DNA of 34,249 nt from a virus, in IMG/VR virus record IMGVR_UViG_3300012954_000004, positions 1 through 34,249 of that record; one strand, 5' to 3'. The translations under genes were made by a program, and so were the position numbers. How positions within the stretch are numbered: the first letter of the stretch is position 1; each line of letters begins with the position of its first letter. The notes under the pieces were generated by a model, which saw nothing but the letters and a program-made list of their open reading frames with translations, was not told the DNA's origin and made no database searches. Of the stretch, positions 7,397 to 14,107 are shown in pieces.

Positions 7397-8625
7397 ATCG
7401 TTACCTCAAATATGGTTTTCTTTGGTTTTAGTTTATTGGAGGATTTAGCGTTATAACTTTCCAAATCGCTATCAATGTCGTAACACTCCTCTCCAACATA
7501 TTGTAAATCTATCTTCATAGCGTCTATATTTTTATCTTCGTGAAAAATATAAATATTCTGACTTGCCCTTCCTGATAGATTTAATCCTTTTTCGCTATAT
7601 TCATTAGCTCCAACTAATGAGCTGCTTCTACTTGCAATATCTCCTACTCTTGCAGAGTGTATGTGTCCTGATATAATATAATCAATTTGCACACCTCTAC
7701 CTGCGTATCTACCTTTTATTTGATTTACGCTTTTTTCGTATTGCGTAGTAAAACTACCGTTTCCGTGTAATAATAATAAATTCTGTCCTGCGACATTAAC
7801 TACTACTTCCGTAGGATCATCAACAACAAACTGCACATCTGTTGTTTTAAAGTAATGTCTTAGTATTTCAAAGATAACAAAGTCGTAATTGTCTGACGCC
7901 ATAAAGTCTGACCAACCCCAATCTTGTTTTAATCTACTTTCGTTTCCAGTTACACAAGCAACTGATACAGAATAATCTTGTCCGACATCAAATATAATTT
8001 GCTGTAATAAATCTACTGCTAAAAATACTGCTTTGGATCTATTCGTAGACATATTGAGCATTTCGTCTAATCTTCTGTCAGAGTTAATTAAATCTCCAGT
8101 AATCGCTATTAATACATTATCTATATCATATACTTTAAATATTTCTTTTGCTCTGCTCACATAATGTTTTAAGCGTCTACTAGCAACTTTGAAATCATAA
8201 TTGTTATGAGGTAGGGAAACAAGTTCGTTAAAATGTGTATCAGATATTTGCAGCACTCCAACACTTTTACCCTGCTTAACCTTTTTAAATTTAAATTCTG
8301 AAAAATTTTTATGTTGAAGTAATGCTTGAATATCAAATAATAGATTATGTACTGCGTTTTCATATCTTGCATATTCTCTAAATGATTTTCTTTCTATTCG
8401 ATTTACATCTTGGGCAGATTGTTTTTGTTTGGCAAGTTTTAAATTCTCTCTAACTAGCTCTATGTCATTTCTAATTGGATTTACGGTTTTACACTTACAG
8501 TCATTACAGAAATATTTTTGCTTTAAAGATCCGTCAGCATTTTTCTGACTACCTTTTTTAATCATATCCTTGCTACCACAATTAGGGCAAGATATAAAGT
8601 ATAATCCGTCCTCTGTAAGTTTCAT
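7393..8625 (-). CDS. Zinc-ribbon fused calcineurin-like metallophosphoesterase (SbcD/Mre11-like or phosphodiesterase)
   Basis: N-terminal CPNCGS...18...CNDCKC zinc ribbon. Then five phosphoesterase motifs in order: ISDTHFN, ITGDLINSD, TGNES, LLLHGNG, SGHIHS. Confidence 0.75.
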   Translation of the reverse strand: MKLTEDGLYFISCPNCGSKDMIKKGSQKNADGSLKQKYFCNDCKCKTVNPIRNDIELVRENLKLAKQKQSAQDVNRIERKSFREYARYENAVHNLLFDIQALLQHKNFSEFKFKKVKQGKSVGVLQISDTHFNELVSLPHNNYDFKVASRRLKHYVSRAKEIFKVYDIDNVLIAITGDLINSDRRLDEMLNMSTNRSKAVFLAVDLLQQIIFDVGQDYSVSVACVTGNESRLKQDWGWSDFMASDNYDFVIFEILRHYFKTTDVQFVVDDPTEVVVNVAGQNLLLLHGNGSFTTQYEKSVNQIKGRYAGRGVQIDYIISGHIHSARVGDIASRSSSLVGANEYSEKGLNLSGRASQNIYIFHEDKNIDAMKIDLQYVGEECYDIDSDLESYNAKSSNKLKPKKTIFEVTI

Positions 8626-8981
8626 TTTGTCAATCTCTTAAATCCATTGCTATTGTTAATCAAATCTAATAAATCCTCAAATTCAAAGCAAACCATTACT
8701 TTTGAATGGTTTTTTGAGAAAACTAACAACGGTTTTAAATCATCTGAATTTTGACAAGCTTGATCATAACACTTCCAAACATTCATTCGTTCAACTTTTT
8801 TACACTCTACTGCATAAGGAAAAGTATCTCTACCTGCTTTGGATAATATAATATCCATACCACTTTCTCCCATTACTGCTGTCTTTATGTCGTGTTCATT
8901 GATCCCTAATTTATCCATAATCATTTCTCTTACTTTATTCTGAAAATTTCTTCCTTTCGCTTTTGCACTACTTGGTTTCAT
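8622..8981 (-). CDS. PD-(D/E)xK nuclease, Holliday-junction resolvase-like (Hjc-like)
   Basis: 119 aa. It has an N-terminal KAKGRNFQNKV helix as in Hjc-type resolvases, then GESGMDIIL ... AVECKK (a D...ExK core). ATGA overlap with the downstream gene. Confidence 0.6.
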   Translation of the reverse strand: MKPSSAKAKGRNFQNKVREMIMDKLGINEHDIKTAVMGESGMDIILSKAGRDTFPYAVECKKVERMNVWKCYDQACQNSDDLKPLLVFSKNHSKVMVCFEFEDLLDLINNSNGFKRLTK

Positions 8982-9141
8982 TTATAAACTCTCCTTTTAC
9001 TATATCATCAATTATAAAGCCGATAGTCTGATTGCTTTCATATTTTTTAAAGTTTATCTTTTTTATTTTTTCTACTACTCTATTCCATTTAGTTGTATTT
9101 CTATGCAACTCTTGTTGAGTTTTTAATAATAGTGTCATCAT
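8968..9141 (-). CDS. Hypothetical 57-aa protein (not in ORF track)
   Basis: Hand translation gives MMTLLLKTQQELHRNTTKWNRVVEKIKKINFKKYESNQTIGFIIDDIVKGEFINETK-stop. ATGA coupling to the upstream sORF. It fills an otherwise empty gap. Confidence 0.4.
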   Translation of the reverse strand: MMTLLLKTQQELHRNTTKWNRVVEKIKKINFKKYESNQTIGFIIDDIVKGEFINETK

Positions 9142-9311
9142 TTGCATTCCTTTCTTGGTTGTAAATATTTGTCTAAATAATCATTTGATTTTACTTCTCC
9201 AACTACTTCGTTGGCTTTTTCAAACTCATCTTTTTTTTCATAAGTTCCATTGATATAGTCGTGAACAAAATCTAAAAGTATTGCCACTTTTTCTCTATCT
9301 GTTAATATCAT
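9138..9311 (-). CDS. Hypothetical 57-aa acidic protein (not in ORF track)
   Basis: Hand translation gives MILTDREKVAILLDFVHDYINGTYEKKDEFEKANEVVGEVKSNDYLDKYLQPRKECK-stop. ATGA overlap with the stop of 9308..10045. Confidence 0.45.
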   Translation of the reverse strand: MILTDREKVAILLDFVHDYINGTYEKKDEFEKANEVVGEVKSNDYLDKYLQPRKECK

Positions 9312-10045
9312 TTATATTCCTTCCTAGGTTGTATTTGTTGGTCGCAACACGAAACATATAAATCCCTATATTCCGAAGTTGTCTTTTGTTTTTTGCATTT
9401 ACCACATTGATAAACATAAATCGGCTCATCGTCTGCAACTGGTAATACTACCTCATCTGTCCATCGTTCTTGATTTAGATAGGTTTCAGGATTAGGTATA
9501 TATTGTTGATTTTGCCATTGATCCGATTTTTTTTGCAATTCTATATTCTTAATAATTAAATCAATAGGATAATTATTTGCTTCAAACTTATCTTGTACTT
9601 TTTTCTTACCAACCTTTTTAGGATAATGCTTCCAAAATAAATGAAAGTCTTTATTTTCTTTATTCTTACTTTCTTTCTTTCTTATAATATGGTTGCTAGT
9701 TGGTTGATAGTTGGTTGATTTCTTATCATTGTATAGTTGGTATCCGACAATAATAAGGTGGGTTACTAGTTGGTTAGATTTTACTTCAATCATATTTGTT
9801 TTTTCAAGTTTTTTTAAAAAAGTTCTAAGCTGCTGCCTGGACATATTATTACGATTTGCAAAATTTTTTTGTGAAAAAACTATTTCCCCTCTATTAACTT
9901 TAATAATTTGATTATTGATCAACATTGATGAGGACTTTATACTAGCCCTCATCAACATATCTATCCAACATTTCAAGTATAACGAATTGTTCCAAATCCA
10001 GTTGTCTTGGATCTTGCGATAAAGTTTTATAAAACTATTATCCAT
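9308..10045 (-). CDS. Replication initiation / replisome-organizer-like winged-helix protein with C-terminal Cys4 ribbon
   Basis: N-terminus FIKLYRKIQDNWIW...CWIDMLMRA...VNRGEIVFSQKNFANRNNMSRQQLRTFLKKLEKTNMI matches the pattern of phage DnaD/replisome-organizer N-domains. The C-terminus has CGKC...13...CC. Confidence 0.55.
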   Translation of the reverse strand: MDNSFIKLYRKIQDNWIWNNSLYLKCWIDMLMRASIKSSSMLINNQIIKVNRGEIVFSQKNFANRNNMSRQQLRTFLKKLEKTNMIEVKSNQLVTHLIIVGYQLYNDKKSTNYQPTSNHIIRKKESKNKENKDFHLFWKHYPKKVGKKKVQDKFEANNYPIDLIIKNIELQKKSDQWQNQQYIPNPETYLNQERWTDEVVLPVADDEPIYVYQCGKCKKQKTTSEYRDLYVSCCDQQIQPRKEYK

Positions 10046-10112
10046 TAAACAAAATCGTTATAAGTAATGAAAATATGAATATAAATCCGATTAAGGTAAA
10101 ACCATCAATCAT
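10038..10112 (-). CDS. 24-aa single-TM micropeptide (not in ORF track)
   Basis: MIDGFTLIGFIFIFSLLITILFNG-stop. GGAGG lies 4 nt upstream of its ATG. ATGA overlap with the upstream stop, and its TAA overlaps the next gene start by 8 nt. Confidence 0.4.
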   Translation of the reverse strand: MIDGFTLIGFIFIFSLLITILFNG

Positions 10113-10666
10113 ACTACCTCCATTGCTTTTTTAAGACTTTGTAGAGCTTTATCATAAACATCTACATTACCTCTAATACCATTAGCATTAGCAGTAAGCC
10201 ATTGTCTTGCTTGTTTATCTAATACACCTTTTGAAAGTGCCTCTTTTTCCAATCTATTAAAATATTCTATTTGTTTAACAGTTGGAGCTTTTCTTTGAAA
10301 GTCATCAGCTTCAATTTCAGTATGGAATAAATTTCCTCCATATAAGCCAAGCAGCTTAAGAGTTGCTCTTGCTTTACCTCTTTTTTCTGCCATAGCCCAG
10401 AAATATTGATTTTTGCAATTGACATCATTTGCCTCTCCAAAAGTTTCTTCTTCGGCGTAACCGACTTCGTCACTCTCAACCCAAGCTTTGACTTTAATTG
10501 CTACTCCCATTCCTTCTCTATGTTCAAGATTATCAGACATTTCAAATTTTACACCTTCAGCGTCTATAATCTTAACCACACCATCAAAAGATATAATTTT
10601 CTTTCCACGAAGAGTCCAAAAATCATTCTCTTCTAAATTATATTTTTTAATTAGATCCTCACTCAT
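10109..10666 (-). CDS. Candidate single-strand annealing protein (Rad52/Sak-like), otherwise hypothetical
   Basis: Start set to ATG 10666 (GGGAGG SD; ATGA overlap with the HTH gene). The segment FWAMAEKRGKARATLKLLGLYGG resembles the A.KRA...LG.G.LY helix of Rad52-type annealases. It sits in the recombination module. This is weak, pattern-only evidence. Confidence 0.3.
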   Translation of the reverse strand: MSEDLIKKYNLEENDFWTLRGKKIISFDGVVKIIDAEGVKFEMSDNLEHREGMGVAIKVKAWVESDEVGYAEEETFGEANDVNCKNQYFWAMAEKRGKARATLKLLGLYGGNLFHTEIEADDFQRKAPTVKQIEYFNRLEKEALSKGVLDKQARQWLTANANGIRGNVDVYDKALQSLKKAMEVV

Positions 10667-10866
10667 ACTTCCTCCCATAGTTGTTCAAAGCTCGTTCCAG
10701 TCACATAGCAAATTGCTAATTTTGACTGCATAGGAACTTTATTTTGTTTTTTCCATTGACTTATAGTCACTCTATTTATCTCTAGTCGCCTAGCTAACCA
10801 AGACTGTGTTCTTTCATTAGTGCGTAGCCAAGCGTCTAAAAGATAAAATATGTTATCATTGTTCAT
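10663..10866 (-). CDS. Cro/YdaS-like helix-turn-helix DNA-binding protein
   Basis: ERTQSWLARRLEINRVTISQWKKQNKVP is a classic HTH followed by a Q.W...vP motif. The track start 10893 is GTG; ATG 10866 is preferred but uncertain. Confidence 0.65.
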   Translation of the reverse strand: MNNDNIFYLLDAWLRTNERTQSWLARRLEINRVTISQWKKQNKVPMQSKLAICYVTGTSFEQLWEEV

Positions 10867-11251
10867 ATTTTTTCCAATTTTCCTTCCACCCACTATCTAT
10901 AGCAGCAGATATTAGTTGTTCTTTTGTTAAATGACTCGCAGACATATAATCGTAAAAAGTCAAATCTCCACTATCAATTTGTTTACCATTTGAGTCTATA
11001 GCTTGTCTATCTATATATTGTATTTCAGCTACCTTATTGATCCTCAAATACAGAATCATTGAATTAATTTGTTTATCTGTATATTCTTTCATTAGTCCTC
11101 CTTTAATTTTTCTTGGCATAATTTTAGTGTGTACGAAACAAAGTAAATACCAAAGATTACTATCTGCCAATAACCTTATTTCATCTTTGGATATTTTACC
11201 TTTAAAATATTGAAAAACTTGTTTGATTGATTTATCTGTATACTCTTTCAT
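10856..11251 (-). CDS. Hypothetical protein made of two in-frame paralogous units (internal SD+ATG at 11092)
   Basis: MKEYTDKSIKQV... (aa 1) and MKEYTDKQINSM... (aa 54). AAAGGAGG lies 4 nt before the second ATG. A 21-nt DNA repeat covers both starts (one mismatch). Confidence 0.55.
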   Translation of the reverse strand: MKEYTDKSIKQVFQYFKGKISKDEIRLLADSNLWYLLCFVHTKIMPRKIKGGLMKEYTDKQINSMILYLRINKVAEIQYIDRQAIDSNGKQIDSGDLTFYDYMSASHLTKEQLISAAIDSGWKENWKKYEQ

Positions 11252-11361
11252 TTATTTTCCTTTAATTGCTTAATTATGTCTTTCAATTCATCAATCTCAT
11301 CTCTTCCAAGTCTATCACTCCAGGAAAGCATATCTTCCAATCTTTTTATTATTTCTTTCAT
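11248..11361 (-). CDS. Hypothetical 37-aa helical protein (not in ORF track)
   Basis: MKEIIKRLEDMLSWSDRLGRDEIDELKDIIKQLKENK-stop. Its ATG directly follows the upstream TAA, and there is an ATGA overlap with the downstream gene. Confidence 0.4.
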   Translation of the reverse strand: MKEIIKRLEDMLSWSDRLGRDEIDELKDIIKQLKENK

Positions 11362-11574
11362 TTAATACTCGTCATATTCGAAGTCGCAATGATCTTTACA
11401 TCTAGCACATAAGCCATAATGCTCTCCGTTCTGTTTATGTATATTTCCTATACCACTTGCTCCACAACAAGTAGATAGTAATTCTTTATCATCGTCTTGT
11501 TCTTGCTGCTGATCTATTAAGTTATCAATATTATACTCAATCCAATCTTTTCCACTTTGTATTTCTTCATTCAT
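11362..11574 (-). CDS. Small Cys-rich (putative zinc-binding) acidic protein
   Basis: 70 aa; TCCGASG...GLCARCKDHCDF gives five Cys plus His in the C-terminal half. Confidence 0.5.
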   Translation of the reverse strand: MNEEIQSGKDWIEYNIDNLIDQQQEQDDDKELLSTCCGASGIGNIHKQNGEHYGLCARCKDHCDFEYDEY

Positions 11575-11932
11575 TTTCTACCTCATCATAATATTCATCT
11601 TCAAGTTTTTGTTTTAATTTTTCATCAAGTCTATCTTCACTTGCTTGTGCTTTTTTACCCCAATGTCCATTACTTTCGTCAATAGAAATAACTAATTGTC
11701 CATTATCAATCCACATCTCCCAAGTATAAAATACTTCTTGAGCATTACCTCCACAAACAACTCTTTGTATCTTGATAGGTTTGTCAGTATCTACTATTTG
11801 ATCCTGGCACTTCTTTTCAATATCTTGCAATGTTATATGACTAGTACCTCTTTCTAAATAATACTCGCCACTTTGCTTTAGTTCATTAATTTTATTATCA
11901 ACCCACTTTTTCATTTTTTTATCTTCTTCCAT
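11567..11932 (-). CDS. Hypothetical protein (121 aa from ATG 11932)
   Basis: The track start 11959 is TTG. ATG 11932 overlaps the upstream stop (TAATG) and has AAGGGA upstream. Confidence 0.5.
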   Translation of the reverse strand: MEEDKKMKKWVDNKINELKQSGEYYLERGTSHITLQDIEKKCQDQIVDTDKPIKIQRVVCGGNAQEVFYTWEMWIDNGQLVISIDESNGHWGKKAQASEDRLDEKLKQKLEDEYYDEVENE

Positions 11933-12096
11933 TATTTTCCCTTTTTCAATTTTACGCAAAGACTATCTAACGATTTTAATTTGTCATTAAACTCATCAAT
12001 CATAGTATCCATTTCTAAAATATAAAATCCGTCCTTTACATTATAATAAATAGGTACTTCTAAATTATAAGGTATTCCATTTTTATCTTTTTTCAT
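11932..12096 (-). CDS. Hypothetical protein (54 aa from ATG 12096)
   Basis: AACAAGGAGAACAA precedes ATG 12096. The upstream ATG 12129 lacks an SD and would overlap the previous gene. Confidence 0.45.
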   Translation of the reverse strand: MKKDKNGIPYNLEVPIYYNVKDGFYILEMDTMIDEFNDKLKSLDSLCVKLKKGK

Positions 12097-12112
12097 TTGT
12101 TCTCCTTGTTTG

Positions 12113-12352
12113 TTAAAAAATATGGACATAGCTATAATGTGATTTAACTGATAGGATATATAATGAGATATAAGATATAGCTATGCCCAATAAATAATAA
12201 ATTGTTTTGTTTTTGTTCATTCCTTGTATGACAATATAAATATAAATATACAAATGTGTAAAGAAAATAATACAATTTAGTAAAAATATTTTTTCTTTAT
12301 GAATATTAAATATTCGTTTGTAAGTTGAGATCCTTTCTATATGTTCATTCAT
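12113..12352 (-). CDS. Small two-TM membrane protein (hypothetical)
   Basis: Hydrophobic stretches FLLNCIIFFTHLYIYIYIVI and IYYLLGIAISYISLYILSV. AAGG lies 4 nt upstream of the ATG. First gene after the GC-rich hairpin. Confidence 0.4.
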   Translation of the reverse strand: MNEHIERISTYKRIFNIHKEKIFLLNCIIFFTHLYIYIYIVIQGMNKNKTIYYLLGIAISYISLYILSVKSHYSYVHIF

Positions 12353-12372
12353 ATAACCTTGTTTGTTAGCGA

Positions 12373-12408
12373 GAAGGGGGAGTTTTTTGCTCCCCCTTTC
12401 GTTTTTTA
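12373..12408 (+). terminator. GC-rich hairpin with T-tract (intrinsic-terminator shape in + orientation, inside a minus-strand operon)
   Basis: Stem 12374-12382 aagggggag pairs with 12390-12398 ctccccctt. The loop is ttttttg, followed by tcgttttttatt. On the minus-strand RNA the same stem has an A-tract before it and no U-tract after it. Confidence 0.5.
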
Positions 12409-12603
12409 TTTGCTATTAAAGTAATTAACAATACTAGCTTTGTTGTTGTGCTGCAATTCCAATTCATCGAAGTTGCGAATTATAAAGATGGTTTCATCTT
12501 TTGTCAAATTTGCGTCCTCTCTAAATCTAGGATCAAACACATTATAAGTTCCTTTATCTCTAGAATTAAGAAATCTAAAGAACTTCTCTTTACTTACACT
12601 CAT
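12406..12603 (-). CDS. Hypothetical protein (65 aa)
   Basis: ATGA overlap with the upstream gene; ends just before the hairpin. Confidence 0.5.
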   Translation of the reverse strand: MSVSKEKFFRFLNSRDKGTYNVFDPRFREDANLTKDETIFIIRNFDELELQHNNKASIVNYFNSK

Positions 12604-12860
12604 AGCTGCTCCCTTATTTGTTTTTTTGGCTCTACAATATGATAATATCCATCTTCATTTATTCCTGAAGTTAAATATACACCTATTGTCTGATTATTAG
12701 AATAAAACGCCTTACTGCAAATTTCTTTTTCAGTAGTCGCCCAACCTAAATTTGTTATTTCAAGTCCTTGATCCAAAGACTCTTCTATATGTCTATCTAC
12801 TAAGTTTTCAAAATTTTGATTTAATTTGAAATCAGATAGTATATGTTTTTCTTTACTCAT
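12600..12860 (-). CDS. Hypothetical protein (86 aa from ATG 12860)
   Basis: The track start 12866 is TTG. ATG 12860 has AGGA 7 nt upstream. Confidence 0.5.
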   Translation of the reverse strand: MSKEKHILSDFKLNQNFENLVDRHIEESLDQGLEITNLGWATTEKEICSKAFYSNNQTIGVYLTSGINEDGYYHIVEPKKQIREQL

Positions 12861-13119
12861 CTTCAATCCTGGTTAAATGATTTTCGTCAATGTGCTTAAA
12901 TGGTTTCCAAGTATCTTTGGACTTCCTAAGTATTAAATTAAATTCTACATCTCCGAATAATACAAAAGCAACATCTCCAACCCAACTTGGACAATCAGAA
13001 ATATAATTTCTAACTACTGCAATTCTATCAGAATCTATATAAGCTTCATCTTCGTTAGTGTCAAAATATTTATAAATTGCTTCTCTTATTCCTTTAATCT
13101 CTTTTTTATTTGGTTTCAT
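12853..13119 (-). CDS. Hypothetical protein (88 aa)
   Basis: AAGGAAGGA SD upstream; 14-nt overlap with the upstream gene. Confidence 0.5.
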   Translation of the reverse strand: MKPNKKEIKGIREAIYKYFDTNEDEAYIDSDRIAVVRNYISDCPSWVGDVAFVLFGDVEFNLILRKSKDTWKPFKHIDENHLTRIEDE

Positions 13120-13291
13120 TTATTCCTTCCTTGTTATGTTGTTTTAATAACGCCTTCCATATATAATTAACTTTCGCCCTTTCTTTATTATTAGTGAAAA
13201 AGTTAAAAAAAGCTATATGAAATAAATCCTCTTGCTCAATATAATATTCATAATCTGCATAAATATTATTACTTCTTTTTTTATATTTCAT
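13106..13291 (-). CDS. Hypothetical protein (61 aa)
   Basis: Its start region lies in copy 1 of the 29-bp repeat (GAGG SD, 7-nt spacer, ATG). Confidence 0.45.
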   Translation of the reverse strand: MKYKKRSNNIYADYEYYIEQEDLFHIAFFNFFTNNKERAKVNYIWKALLKQHNKEGINETK

Positions 13292-13315
13292 TGTTTAACC
13301 TCGTTTATTATTAAT
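13287..13315. repeat. 29-bp perfect direct repeat, copy 1 (start-associated sequence)
   Basis: ttcattgtttaacctcgtttattattaat is identical to 13602-13630. On the minus strand it reads ATTAATAATAAACGAGGTTAAACAATGAA. Confidence 0.9.
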
Positions 13316-13606
13316 CATCGTTTCGAAATTTTCAGTTAAAAGCGTATAAGTATAATCTTTTTCATTGTAATAAAAAGAATTTACTTTAATACCTAAATCT
13401 AGCAAAAATTTAAAAGCTTGATTTCTAATACATCCAATCTCATAATTATAAGATTGCACTACTCGTTTTTTATTTCTTAAATCATTAATTACAACCCTAG
13501 TACCTTTATAATTAGTAGCAGGTAATACTTTTATATTAAATGCTCTTAAATGATTTAATTTATACTCTTTCGGATCGTTTCCTATTCTAATATTATACTC
13601 GTTCAT
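13295..13606 (-). CDS. Hypothetical protein (103 aa), possibly PVL-ORF50-like family
   Basis: The NIKVLPATNYKGTRVVIND...SYNY pattern recalls, from memory, the VLPATNtKGsR motif of the PVL ORF-50-like phage family. Its start lies in repeat copy 2, and its last codons (INNKRG-stop) lie in repeat copy 1. Confidence 0.45.
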   Translation of the reverse strand: MNEYNIRIGNDPKEYKLNHLRAFNIKVLPATNYKGTRVVINDLRNKKRVVQSYNYEIGCIRNQAFKFLLDLGIKVNSFYYNEKDYTYTLLTENFETMINNKRG

Positions 13607-13630
13607 TGTTTAACCTCGTTTATTATTAAT
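13602..13630. repeat. 29-bp perfect direct repeat, copy 2
   Basis: Identical to 13287-13315, offset 315 bp. Confidence 0.9.
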
Positions 13631-13755
13631 AAAAATTTTTTCTTTAAAAATATTATAAGCTGCTTTATAAAAAAATAAAAATACCCTCCAATAAATAATA
13701 TTAGAGAAGGATCAACTACTTTAAAAATTTTAGAACTAAGAATATATTTTATCAT
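13603..13755 (-). CDS. Possible 50-aa membrane micro-protein (not in ORF track)
   Basis: MIKYILSSKIFKVVDPSLILFIGGYFYFFIKQLIIFLKKKFLLIINEVKQ-stop. ATGA overlap with the next gene; weak SD. Confidence 0.25.
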   Translation of the reverse strand: MIKYILSSKIFKVVDPSLILFIGGYFYFFIKQLIIFLKKKFLLIINEVKQ

Positions 13756-13847
13756 TGTCTTTTTTTTGCTTTGTTTAATCTAGCTCTTGAATTGCTTTTT
13801 TTAGTTGCTCCCAAAAGAACAATATAAAAAGCGTATAAGCTATAATT

Positions 13848-14087
13848 TCAACTAACATTTTTTTTAATCTCCGTATTATGTTGAATGTTTAAGGGGTTTT
13901 TACTTACAAAAAAGCTTGTAAAAAATCCCTCTTCTCCCTCTTCCGTAACTACTTTACTTTTTATGGTTGCTTCACTTACAAAAACGCAAAATTCTTTTAA
14001 AGCGTGTTGCGTTGTTTTCATTTTGATTAGATGTTCAGAGCTTAATATTCTTATATCATCTATTTTTCTCATTTCTTTTATACTCAT
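13848..14087 (-). CDS. Hypothetical protein (79 aa)
   Basis: AAGGAAG SD upstream; second gene of the leftward operon. Confidence 0.5.
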   Translation of the reverse strand: MSIKEMRKIDDIRILSSEHLIKMKTTQHALKEFCVFVSEATIKSKVVTEEGEEGFFTSFFVSKNPLNIQHNTEIKKNVS

Positions 14088-14107
14088 TTTCTTACTTCCT
14101 TATGTTG

